Shown here in pieces: positions 44,672 to 53,585 of a stretch of DNA of 64,000 nucleotides; positions within the stretch are counted from its first letter, which is position 1; every line of letters begins with the position of its first letter. Below the pieces are notes generated by a model, which ran no database searches, had not been told where the DNA came from, and worked only from the letters and a program-made list of their open reading frames with translations. This stretch comes from Actinomycetes bacterium (GTDB taxonomy: Bacteria; Actinomycetota; Acidimicrobiia; Acidimicrobiales; JAKAVM01). A program made the position numbers and the translations under genes. The stretch covers positions 45,277-109,276 of the forward strand of contig JAKAVM010000106.1 in NCBI GenBank assembly GCA_021827485.1. Reading direction: 5' to 3'.

Positions 44672-44743
44672 ACAGTGCAAGAATCTCGACAACAGATTAT
44701 TTCTATTTCTAAACAGTGCAAGAATCTCGACAACAGATTATTT
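44662..44743. repeat. Perfect 41-bp tandem duplication that includes the last codons and stop of cysD
   Basis: CTATTTCTAAACAGTGCAAGAATCTCGACAACAGATTATTT at 44662-44702 and 44703-44743. The cysD TAA is at 44669-44671. Confidence 0.95.
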
Positions 44744-44765
44744 CTGTCAAGTGAAATTATAAGCC

Positions 44766-46019
44766 GTGGCTGATTTATTACGATTTTGTGCAGTTGGGTC
44801 GGTGGATGACGGTAAATCTACGCTAATTGGAAGGTTGTTGCACGACACGAAGCAGCTTTTTGATGATCAAGTTGAAGCGATGGCCGAGGCAAGCAAACGT
44901 CGTGGTTATGGTTCGGTTGAGCTAGCTTTTGCTACTGATGGATTGCGGGCTGAGCGAGAGCAAGGAATAACAATCGATGTAGCTTATCGTTATGCTCAGA
45001 CCCCGCGGCGTAAGTTTATCATTGCAGATTGCCCTGGACACGAGCAGTATACACGCAATATGGCTACGGGTGCTTCTACTGCTCAGGCTGCAATAGTGGT
45101 CGTAGATAGCGCAAAAGGTTTACGCGAGCAAACGCGAAGGCATCTGTGCATTGCCTCTCTAATGGGTGTACGTCGGGTCATTGTCTGCGTAAATAAGATG
45201 GATTTGATTGATTGGTCACGAGAGGTCTTTGATCAAGTGACCAATGAAATGAAAAGTTTGGCCGACAAGCTCGGCGTTGAAGAGTTTCATTCACTTCCGA
45301 TTTCAGCATTATCTGGACAAGGTGTGGTGGAGCCTGCGCATGACGCTCCTTGGTATAACGGCCCCACTTTTTTGGAGTTGATCGAGACTATTCCGGCCTC
45401 AAGTGTTGACATGGGTAACGGAGAATTTCGTCTTGCCGTACAGTGGATCTTACGGAATCCCGACGGAACAAGAGGATATGCCGGAATGCTCTCTGGGGGT
45501 CCTATAAGAACCGGTGAAGCAGTGGTGATACAGCCATCGGGTAGGCAAAGTAAGATTGTATCGGTTTATAATTTCGATGGACCACTAGATGTTGCCTGGC
45601 CAGGTAGTTCTGTTACGCTTGCTATCGAAGGTGATATTGATATCTCCCGAGGAGATATGATTGTACCGGCAACAAGTAATCTCAGTTCGGTCCAAGAGCT
45701 AACTTTGACAGTGTGTTGGTTCTCTGATCGACCTCTTACATCCAAGAGCCGATTTGCCGTGAAACACACCACGAGACGGACTCCAGCCATTGTTTCGAAG
45801 ATACTTGGGACCATAGACGTCAATAATCTAGAGCTACAAGAAGCGGACGAGATTTGCGCTAACGAAATTGGGAGAATTGAAATTCAAGTTTCAACTCCTC
45901 TAGCTGCGGACGACTATATGTCAAATAGAACAACTGGCAGTCTGGTAATTGTTGATCCACATAGCAACGCGACACTTGGCGCGGCTATGGTTGAACGTTC
46001 CAGAGAATTCGTTAGTTGA
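44766..46019 (+). CDS. cysN: Sulfate adenylyltransferase subunit 1 (CysN GTPase), no APS-kinase domain
   Basis: GSVDDGKSTLIGRLL (G1), DCPGHEQY (G3), NKMD (G4). 417 aa, so no CysC fusion. Confidence 0.9.
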   Translation: MADLLRFCAVGSVDDGKSTLIGRLLHDTKQLFDDQVEAMAEASKRRGYGSVELAFATDGLRAEREQGITIDVAYRYAQTPRRKFIIADCPGHEQYTRNMATGASTAQAAIVVVDSAKGLREQTRRHLCIASLMGVRRVIVCVNKMDLIDWSREVFDQVTNEMKSLADKLGVEEFHSLPISALSGQGVVEPAHDAPWYNGPTFLELIETIPASSVDMGNGEFRLAVQWILRNPDGTRGYAGMLSGGPIRTGEAVVIQPSGRQSKIVSVYNFDGPLDVAWPGSSVTLAIEGDIDISRGDMIVPATSNLSSVQELTLTVCWFSDRPLTSKSRFAVKHTTRRTPAIVSKILGTIDVNNLELQEADEICANEIGRIEIQVSTPLAADDYMSNRTTGSLVIVDPHSNATLGAAMVERSREFVS

Positions 46020-46726
46020 ATAAGACTCAAGCTAGTGTTCCCCTCTATCCGGTAACGCTAGTTCTGTCAGGACAGCCTTGCCTCGTTGTAGGTGGTGGGC
46101 CAGTCGGTTATAGAAAGGTTCATAACTTACTCTTGTCACAGGCAGAAGTTACTTTGGTGGCTCCTGAACTTTGCCCACAGTTAGAACAACTTGCAAGTGG
46201 CAAAATGGCTGAAGAAGTTGACGAAGCGGGTATCGGTGACGCGCTTGAACTGAAATCTTTCAAGGTCCATAGGCGCGACTATGAGAAGGGTGAGGCGAGC
46301 AACTATCGGTTAGTTTTTGCTGCGACTTCAAATCGAAATGTAAATCGTCAAGTATTCCAAGATGCTCAAGAGGCTGGAATTTTTGTGAATACTGCTGATG
46401 ACCCCCAAGGATGTACTTTTATGTTGCCATCCATTGCAAGATTTGATCCTGTGACCATCGCTGTCTCCAGTGGCGGATCAAGCCCAGCTCTAGCGATTTG
46501 GATACGCAATCAAATTACGACTCATTTTGGGAGCAATCTTTCGGCAATCGCGCAGTTACTTTTTCGGGCCAGGTGTGTGCTCCACGATAAGGGCATTTCC
46601 ACGGAAGCAGTTGACTGGAACGAGATTCTTGAGACAGGTTTACTGGATATCGTCTCTCAAGGCGACCTTCAGGGAGCTGAACGATTCTTGATGAATTCCG
46701 TCAATACTCAGTTAGGGACTTGTTGA
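46016..46726 (+). CDS. Precorrin-2 dehydrogenase / sirohydrochlorin ferrochelatase (siroheme synthase N-terminal-domain type, SirC/Met8-like)
   Basis: LVVGGGPVGYRKVHNLLLSQAEVTLVAPE is a Rossmann fold. 236 aa. Start overlaps the cysN stop. The context is a siroheme-dependent reductase. Confidence 0.8.
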   Translation: MNKTQASVPLYPVTLVLSGQPCLVVGGGPVGYRKVHNLLLSQAEVTLVAPELCPQLEQLASGKMAEEVDEAGIGDALELKSFKVHRRDYEKGEASNYRLVFAATSNRNVNRQVFQDAQEAGIFVNTADDPQGCTFMLPSIARFDPVTIAVSSGGSSPALAIWIRNQITTHFGSNLSAIAQLLFRARCVLHDKGISTEAVDWNEILETGLLDIVSQGDLQGAERFLMNSVNTQLGTC

Positions 46727-46744
46727 GGTGCTAATATTTTCCTT

Positions 46745-47278
46745 ATGTCAGATAAGCAAATTAGTGTTCGTGGCGTGAGTATTGTCCGCAGTGTTTCCCC
46801 AAAGCTAAGTATATTTGGAGTGATTCTAGGTATCAGCGTCTTATTGACCGCTTGCTCTAGTAGCTCGACCGCTCTTCCGAATGCTAAAACATCACAAGCC
46901 GATATAAGTCATGCTTATTCAGTATTATTTGACTTATCAAATCCGTCAGTTGCACCCAAGATTGCAGTTGTTCAAGATGGTAGCTCTATCAAATCTTCTA
47001 TGGCCAAGGAACTCAGCTCACCGTTAGCCAAAGAGGCAAGTGGCGCTACAGTTAACAAAGTTAAAATATTGAGTGCTAGTCAATGTAAGGCAGAGCTACT
47101 CCCAAATCCATGTGCTTCGGTGAGTTATACAATTACCCTGCCTAGTCTCCCTACTGGAAATATGACTGGATTGAAAGGATACGCCGTATATCAGTCTGGT
47201 AAGTGGCTGGTATCTAAGCAAACAATATGTGGTTTATTTTCTCTGGCCTCTAATGGAATTACATTGAGTGGCTGCTAA
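46745..47278 (+). CDS. Lipoprotein, unknown function
   Basis: Signal peptide plus lipobox VLLTACSSSS. 177 aa. Confidence 0.5.
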   Translation: MSDKQISVRGVSIVRSVSPKLSIFGVILGISVLLTACSSSSTALPNAKTSQADISHAYSVLFDLSNPSVAPKIAVVQDGSSIKSSMAKELSSPLAKEASGATVNKVKILSASQCKAELLPNPCASVSYTITLPSLPTGNMTGLKGYAVYQSGKWLVSKQTICGLFSLASNGITLSGC

Positions 47279-47341
47279 CATTCTTAATATCTTGATGCGA
47301 CTAGAGTCGTAGGATAACAATAAAGGGAGGCTTCAATACCT

Positions 47342-48499
47342 GTGAATCGAATAAACTCCTTCGAAGGGGATCGTTATATCCTCGGTGAATTGCATGAGCA
47401 ATCTCCTCAACACTACTCAGCATGGTACGCTATTTGGGATAACAGTGATCCGAACCCAGAGTCTACTCCCATAGCCACTTTCCCATTCGGGCCAGAAGGA
47501 TGGGCTCAGGCTTGGCAGTACTTTATTGAATTTGAACCCTCTCCTAGGCCAGTGCCACGCCCACAGTTTGATCCTACGCAGGGTCCAAAGTTTGACCCTA
47601 CGGGTGTCCGAACATCCGAACCGACCACAAGTATTCCGCCGGGATATGCACCTCCCCAAGGGTTCAATCAACCATCGACCTGGGGAGCCACTTCCGCAGG
47701 ACCAGGCGCAGGTCCACCGAGAGGTCCCTATCAACCAACCTGGGGAACTTCGTTCCCCAATGGGCCAAATAGCAATGGCGCTTCAGGGGTAGAAGTCGCA
47801 TTTGAAGGTCCTACCAAGCAACGCAGACTTACCGTTGCTTTTAGAATCATCCTAGCTGTTCCACAACTGTTCGTCCTGTGGGCATTGACAGTTGCTCTGT
47901 TCGTTCTTGGGGTTATTTCCTGGTTTGCAGCACTATTTACAGGTGCGGTTCCCGATGGGCTAGCTGAGTTTATGAGGTCAGTAGTCATCTATAATGGCCG
48001 TGTCTCTGGTTACTTGGCTTTACTAACTGATCGGTATCCACCTTTTACCTTGGCGTTAGTTCCTTATCCGATATATATAGAGATTTATTCATCTCGGCTA
48101 AACAGGCTCGCCGTATTTTTTAGAATTATTCTTGTAATTCCGGCCTACTTACTCATCTCCTTGATGGGGGTTGGCCTAGAAATTCTTTTCATTATTACAT
48201 GGGTGATAGTTTTGGTGGCTGGCCAGATGCCAGATGTGATCTATCGGGCCATAGCAAGTATTACGCGTTATCAGATGCGACTCGGCGCATACTTTTTCAT
48301 GCTGACATCGACATATCCCTTTGGGCTCTTTGGCGACAGCGATATTGCCCCGGACCAATATCGACGCCCACTGATTCTTCCAACAGGCTCAATAGTTATT
48401 ATTTCAATATGTATTGCTATAGGAGTATTGCAGTTTATTTTGTCTCACTTTCAGCACGGTGGCATAGTTACGCCCGGGCCACATCCAGTTTGGCTTTAG
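47342..48499 (+). CDS. DUF4389-type membrane protein (two repeats) with soluble N-domain and Pro-rich linker
   Basis: RLTVAFRIILAVPQLFVLW...FAALFTGAVPDGLAEF...LLTDRYPPF, repeated as RLAVFFRIILVIPAYLL...LVAGQMPDVIYRAI...MLTSTYPF. Confidence 0.7.
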   Translation: MNRINSFEGDRYILGELHEQSPQHYSAWYAIWDNSDPNPESTPIATFPFGPEGWAQAWQYFIEFEPSPRPVPRPQFDPTQGPKFDPTGVRTSEPTTSIPPGYAPPQGFNQPSTWGATSAGPGAGPPRGPYQPTWGTSFPNGPNSNGASGVEVAFEGPTKQRRLTVAFRIILAVPQLFVLWALTVALFVLGVISWFAALFTGAVPDGLAEFMRSVVIYNGRVSGYLALLTDRYPPFTLALVPYPIYIEIYSSRLNRLAVFFRIILVIPAYLLISLMGVGLEILFIITWVIVLVAGQMPDVIYRAIASITRYQMRLGAYFFMLTSTYPFGLFGDSDIAPDQYRRPLILPTGSIVIISICIAIGVLQFILSHFQHGGIVTPGPHPVWL

Positions 48500-48527
48500 C
48501 GTCCGGGGACTCTACGGCCCACCGGGG

Positions 48528-49256
48528 CTAACCTTCTCGCTTTCCCGGAATGAGAATTCTGTCCATGTCTCCAAGCTCTGAAACTGGCCCGGCGAGAATA
48601 ACCTCACCTTTTGAGAGAACAACTGCTTGGTCCGCAAATTCAAGAGCTCTATTTACATGTTGTTCTATTAGTAAAATTGAAGTGCCTAGTTCTTTGATTG
48701 CACTGAGTCCAGCAAAGACTTCATCTACTATCACTGGGGCAAGTCCAAGTGACATTTCATCGACAATAAGTAACTTTGGCGGTATAAGCAATACCCGAGC
48801 AAGTGCGAGAATTCTCTGTTCACCACCCGAGAGAGTTCCAGCGAGTTGCAAAGCTCGCTCGCCAAGACGAGGAAAGGTTTCGTATGCTTGGTTCAATAGA
48901 GATGCTACCTGGGATTTGGAACTCTGACAGCGAAGAGCAAGCTGTAAATTTTCACTTACGCTAAGAGAGGAAAAAATGCCTCTCCCCTCCGGAACTTGAG
49001 TAATTCCCAATCGCGCGATCTTCCAGGCGCTAGTTCTGCTTATATCGGTCGAATCAAAAATAATAGAGCCTTTGCTTGGTCTGACCAGTCCTGAAATAGT
49101 TCTTGCAATAGTGGACTTGCCGGCACCGTTCGGGCCTAGTAGGGCAACGGTTGTTCCCCTGCCAATCGAAAATGAGACACCAAAAATTGCGCGAAAAGGT
49201 CCATATTGCACCTCTATATCTCTTACGTCGAGAGTTGGGGGATTTGGCTTACTCAT
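48528..49256 (-). CDS. livF: Branched-chain amino acid ABC transporter ATP-binding protein (LivF-like)
   Basis: Walker A GPNGAGKST, signature LSGGEQRIL, Walker B LLIVDEMS. LivF-type length and position. Confidence 0.9.
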   Translation of the reverse strand: MSKPNPPTLDVRDIEVQYGPFRAIFGVSFSIGRGTTVALLGPNGAGKSTIARTISGLVRPSKGSIIFDSTDISRTSAWKIARLGITQVPEGRGIFSSLSVSENLQLALRCQSSKSQVASLLNQAYETFPRLGERALQLAGTLSGGEQRILALARVLLIPPKLLIVDEMSLGLAPVIVDEVFAGLSAIKELGTSILLIEQHVNRALEFADQAVVLSKGEVILAGPVSELGDMDRILIPGKREG

Positions 49257-49262
49257 GACATA

Positions 49263-50099
49263 TTACGGTTTCGAGGAATCTCTTACATTGCCTAGGTACG
49301 CGCTACGTAGCTCCTCGCCCTCAATCACGCTCTGCGTTTCACCTTGGGCAATAAGTTTTCCAAGGTCTAGAACGTATAGTCTATTTGTTAGTTCAACAAC
49401 TACGTCGAGGTCATGCTCAACGATCACAATCGCCATATTAGTGGCTGATTGTAAAGTGACAAGAGTATCAATCAATGAGTCAGTTTCTATTGAGTCCAAT
49501 CCGGATGACGGTTCATCCAGTAAGAGAAGTTTAGGATCTCGGATTAAAGCCCGCCCGAGTTCCACAAGTCGTCCCTTGCCTAGAGAAAGAGTGTCGACAG
49601 GAGCGCTGGCCACGTCAGCTAATTCCAGTAACTCTACCAGCGTTTGAGCTTGAGCGATCTCCGATCGGGTCGGAGCACCTAAATTAAGCAAGTCTTTCCA
49701 TAACCGTCCTGACCCTCGCTTTGCTCTGGCCGCTACAATGAGGTGCTCTCGAACTGTCATTGAGCTAAAAAGCTCAAGTCGTTGAAATGTGCGCCCAATT
49801 CCCCTTGAGGCCCTTCGGAAGACAGGAAGGTTTGTTATATCGCTACCTTCAAAAAGTATCCTTCCCGTATCTGGCGCTAAGGTTCCGCAAATGCAGTTGA
49901 ATAGAGTTGTTTTACCTGCCCCATTGGGTCCAATCAACCCAACTGATTCGCCTGAGTATATTTCAAGTGAGACGTTAGTAACTGCTTGAATCCCACCAAA
50001 GCTTCGTGATAGGTCTCGGATTTCGAGTAGTGGCTGAGTGCTCGCACCCAAGTCTGTGGCGTGAGTATCGTTGGAGGCTGGAATCGGCTGAGTGCTCAC
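49263..50099 (-). CDS. livG: Branched-chain amino acid ABC transporter ATP-binding protein (LivG-like)
   Basis: GPNGAGKTTLFN, LSLGKGRLVELGRAL, LLLDEPSSGL. The N-terminal 18 codons are one copy of a 54-bp duplication. Confidence 0.9.
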   Translation of the reverse strand: MSTQPIPASNDTHATDLGASTQPLLEIRDLSRSFGGIQAVTNVSLEIYSGESVGLIGPNGAGKTTLFNCICGTLAPDTGRILFEGSDITNLPVFRRASRGIGRTFQRLELFSSMTVREHLIVAARAKRGSGRLWKDLLNLGAPTRSEIAQAQTLVELLELADVASAPVDTLSLGKGRLVELGRALIRDPKLLLLDEPSSGLDSIETDSLIDTLVTLQSATNMAIVIVEHDLDVVVELTNRLYVLDLGKLIAQGETQSVIEGEELRSAYLGNVRDSSKP

Positions 50100-50139
50100 G
50101 GTTAGCTCGTTGGCGCAGGTATCGTTGGAGGCTGGTGAC
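50032..50139. repeat. Diverged 54-bp tandem duplication spanning the livHM stop / livG start junction
   Basis: GGCTGAGTGCTC at 50032 and 50086. GTATCGTTGGAGGCTGG at 50065 and 50119. The middle of the unit has diverged. Confidence 0.9.
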
Positions 50140-52087
50140 GATGATTCTTACGCTGCCTAGAAGCCTCAATTCGTCCCTCAATCTTGACTACAGACTTCTT
50201 ACGGAAATACTCGATCACCCCTTCGGGATGCGATAGAAAGCTCAAGGCAGCCAGGCCAAATATCACTGGTTCGAATGAATTGAACCAACTAGGCATGAAG
50301 CTCAAATTGAGAAATTGGGCAAGCAAAACATATGCAAATCCAGCCTGAATTGCACCCCCAACAGTACGCGATCCAACAATCATTACCACGACTAGAAAGA
50401 TGAGTGAAAACAAATATACAAAATCGTTAGTCGAAACCGTACTTTGGAAAGAACCATATAAACCCCCACCAATCCCAGCAAAAAAACACGAGATACCAAA
50501 TACGAGTACCTTGTACTTGGAAACATTTATTCCGATGGACTCAGCTGCTAATTCACTTCCCCTTATAGCAGTAATATACATTCCAATTGTGCCTTTGCGA
50601 ATTAGATAAATTGCACCGGCGCACAGTAGCAAGATTATCAAGACCAGCGCAAAAAATGGCCGTGCTGTTGAAAAATTAATATTACCAATTTGGGGACGCG
50701 GAATATTGACTCCGGTAGCACCGTTTCCTGCCCACGGATAAGGGAAAAGTACATTATCGCAAAGCAATGCAAACCCGAGTGTGGCAAGTGCGAGGCTAAT
50801 TCCACCTAGGCGCAATGTAGGTAGTGCAACCAAGACACCAACTAAGCCAGCCAAGATACCACCTAATAAGGTACCAACCAATACCGGAAGTCCGAGACTT
50901 CCCGAAGCAAGGTGCCCGGCCGTAAAGGCACCAATTCCTGCAAACGTCATTTGGGCCAGAGAGATCTGCCCGCTCATACCGGTTAAGAGCGTAATCGAGA
51001 GGAATATAATTGCAAAAATCATCGCCTGGCTGAAGTTATCCACCCAGTTGCTAGGGATCCAAGTCAATGATGAGCCGACTAGAAAAGCAAGTATTGCTAG
51101 CCACCAACTCTTTACGATTGACGCAGTTGCCACGCTAACATGGGGCGATGCCGTTGATGGCGTTGGGGGGTCGCAGCCACTCAAAGGGTCAGAAGTTCGA
51201 GAGAGTTTGCGTAAGGATGGAAGGGTGATAAGCAAAATAACCAATACCAGGAATGGAAACCCAGGGCGCAGTCCTTGAGCCAAAATGGTGCTGGCAGGAA
51301 GATAGCCACCTAGAATCTCTTGGCCAACTCCTAGAAAAATACCTCCAAAGAGGGCTAGTGGTAGCGAGAGAAAACCTCCGAAAGCAGCTGCTGCAATAGC
51401 GGAAACTAATAGTGTCGTAAAGTTTAGAGAACTAAGTTGGGCAAAAAGTGGGGCAAGAAGAACACCGGCCAGTCCCGCAATAAAGCTCGATAGAGCCCAC
51501 GCAAAAAGCGAAAAAGATGACGACCGTACGCCGTAAAGCTCTGAAAGTCTTGGGCTTTCCACGACCGCCCGAATACTCAATCCAATGGAAGAAAATCGAA
51601 GCAAGACCCATAGCGCTCCGACAGTTGCAAAAGTAACTATAACAGTTGAGAGTTCCAGGCCATTTAGCGGATATCGTCCTATCGAAAAGTAAACCTTATT
51701 TGGGTTTAGAAATAAGCTTGGTGGAGCTATCCGATTGGAAGTTCCGGCAATGGCATCGGCAATCTGTGGGATTGCAATGAGCATTCCCAGCGATGCGGTA
51801 AGTTTCACTACTGCAGGGGCTGTACGAATATGGCGGAATATTACTAAGTCCAATATCACTCCAACCAGAGGCCCCACGACTGCTACAGCAATGATGAACG
51901 ACCAGAAACTTCCCCAGCCATTTTTCATGCAAACGTAGAAGACAAGAGCAGAAATATAGGCCTGGGCTCCAAAAGCAAAGTTGAATACTCCAGAGGCTTT
52001 GTAAGTAAGTACTAGGCCAACGGCCAACAGAGAAAAAACGCAGCCCCAAGGAATCCCAGGCAGTGCGTAGTTCAGGAAATTATTCAC
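50102..52087 (-). CDS. Fused LivH-LivM-type branched-chain amino acid ABC permease
   Basis: 661 aa and very hydrophobic throughout, with two permease-length halves. Sits between the substrate-binding protein and the ATPases. Confidence 0.85.
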   Translation of the reverse strand: MNNFLNYALPGIPWGCVFSLLAVGLVLTYKASGVFNFAFGAQAYISALVFYVCMKNGWGSFWSFIIAVAVVGPLVGVILDLVIFRHIRTAPAVVKLTASLGMLIAIPQIADAIAGTSNRIAPPSLFLNPNKVYFSIGRYPLNGLELSTVIVTFATVGALWVLLRFSSIGLSIRAVVESPRLSELYGVRSSSFSLFAWALSSFIAGLAGVLLAPLFAQLSSLNFTTLLVSAIAAAAFGGFLSLPLALFGGIFLGVGQEILGGYLPASTILAQGLRPGFPFLVLVILLITLPSLRKLSRTSDPLSGCDPPTPSTASPHVSVATASIVKSWWLAILAFLVGSSLTWIPSNWVDNFSQAMIFAIIFLSITLLTGMSGQISLAQMTFAGIGAFTAGHLASGSLGLPVLVGTLLGGILAGLVGVLVALPTLRLGGISLALATLGFALLCDNVLFPYPWAGNGATGVNIPRPQIGNINFSTARPFFALVLIILLLCAGAIYLIRKGTIGMYITAIRGSELAAESIGINVSKYKVLVFGISCFFAGIGGGLYGSFQSTVSTNDFVYLFSLIFLVVVMIVGSRTVGGAIQAGFAYVLLAQFLNLSFMPSWFNSFEPVIFGLAALSFLSHPEGVIEYFRKKSVVKIEGRIEASRQRKNHRHQPPTIPAPTS

Positions 52088-52098
52088 GTCTAGGGCTG

Positions 52099-53439
52099 TT
52101 AGCCGATTATTCCGGGTTGAAGTGCAATTGTGGTTGGTGTCGTGACATTTGGATACGGATAGTTAAAACAAGTAAATGTCGAGCCAGAAGTCCCAAAGAC
52201 TGGTACAAACTTTGAGCCTTGTACTTGGACAAAAGCATCACACAAAGGACCTTTAACATCATTGTGGCCTCCACTACGCCAGTTGATCGCCGGGATTATT
52301 CCTTGGGCGGTAAAGTTGGTTTCGGTGTTGATTGCGTTGACCAATCGAGACCTAGTCACGTTTCGCCCAATTGATCTCAGTCCAGTTACAAACTGGTCAG
52401 CTGATATCCAGCCATTGAGAGCAACCTCGCTATAAGTTTCACTAGGAAAGTATTTATTCATCTCGGTAAGATATTCTTGCATACCTGGGTACTTACCCGG
52501 ATAAGCTGTAACAGCTTCAAAGGGTGCATTCCCAAGTAGGAAGTAGACGCCTTGCATTAGAGACTGATAGTCCTTCAAGTATGACTGGTCATAACCGTCT
52601 AGCCAATACTGGGTTAGGCCTGTGAGACCTGCTTGCTGAAGTTGTTGCGCAAGTCTTATATTGCCATCGATATCCATGCAACTGGCTATGAAAGTGGCTC
52701 CTGAATCTCGGATATGGGTTATGTCGGAAGATAGATCGCCAGCAGGGGCAGGAATTGACAGGTCCTCATAGGCCACATTGAAACCAAACTGCTTGATAGA
52801 AGAAGCTATGCCTTGGCATGCCTGAGAGGATTGGTTGATGTTATATGCCAAAATCGCAACATTCTTCGCGTGAGACTGAGCTGCGAGGAAGGCAGCTTCG
52901 GGCTGGGGAGAGTTGAAATCGACGTATGATCCAGTACTACCGAATAAGCTTTTCCCATCGGTCCATTGGGTCTCTATGGGATAGCCAAAGGTAGGAACAT
53001 CGTGCTGGGCTAGGTAGGACGCCCCCGAAAAACTAGGAGTTGCAACCCCAACTACGGCAAATACGTGGTACTGGTTGACCAAAGCACGCGCTTGATCAAC
53101 ATCTTGAGATGGACTTGAAGCGTCGTCAAGATTGAGGTTATTTGGTAAAACAATTTTGCGACCGTTTACACCACCTTGGGCATTGACCATATTGAAGTAT
53201 GCTTTTACTCCATCAATAATAGGGGCGAAGTCGGCAGGCAATGGACCCGATTGAGAATTTAGCGCACCGACTAATATCTGGTGAGCGCTAACACCGTCAG
53301 TATTGCCAGATGAGCTAAATTTACTTGTTGCATTCGAGCAACTGGTTAGCGCAAGGACCACTCCACTAAGCAATACCAAGGCGAATCTCGATCCAACATG
53401 AGGCCTGGTTCGCGCCCGGAGGGTATTTTGTGGCGACAT
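52099..53439 (-). CDS. ABC transporter substrate-binding lipoprotein (LivK/Leu-Ile-Val-binding family-like)
   Basis: Lipobox LALTSCSN. 446 aa. Type-I periplasmic-binding-protein-like composition. First gene of the liv-type operon. Confidence 0.8.
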   Translation of the reverse strand: MSPQNTLRARTRPHVGSRFALVLLSGVVLALTSCSNATSKFSSSGNTDGVSAHQILVGALNSQSGPLPADFAPIIDGVKAYFNMVNAQGGVNGRKIVLPNNLNLDDASSPSQDVDQARALVNQYHVFAVVGVATPSFSGASYLAQHDVPTFGYPIETQWTDGKSLFGSTGSYVDFNSPQPEAAFLAAQSHAKNVAILAYNINQSSQACQGIASSIKQFGFNVAYEDLSIPAPAGDLSSDITHIRDSGATFIASCMDIDGNIRLAQQLQQAGLTGLTQYWLDGYDQSYLKDYQSLMQGVYFLLGNAPFEAVTAYPGKYPGMQEYLTEMNKYFPSETYSEVALNGWISADQFVTGLRSIGRNVTRSRLVNAINTETNFTAQGIIPAINWRSGGHNDVKGPLCDAFVQVQGSKFVPVFGTSGSTFTCFNYPYPNVTTPTTIALQPGIIG

Positions 53440-53490
53440 GATTTCCTTCCCTAGTTGAGTACTCGTAATTGTTAACTTATCGCTTTGCGC

Positions 53491-53532
53491 AGCTAGTATT
53501 GAGCAATCGATAGTTAGTATTGAACAATCGAT
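53491..53532. repeat. 21-bp tandem duplication (2 mismatches) in the divergent liv/argS intergenic region
   Basis: AGCTAGTATTGAGCAATCGAT followed by AGTTAGTATTGAACAATCGAT. Confidence 0.95.
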
Positions 53533-53585
53533 ATTTTGACCAAATTATTCCGGTCCTAATTATTGGAAAGATTTAGAGGATTTTC

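Noticed and set aside
49072-51278. Plus-strand ORFs of 191 aa (49072-49647) and 165 aa (50781-51278) inside the liv transporter genes
   Set aside because: They are antisense to ABC ATPase and permease genes that carry clear Walker, signature and TM features. Their translations are Ser/Pro/Arg-rich low-complexity sequence.
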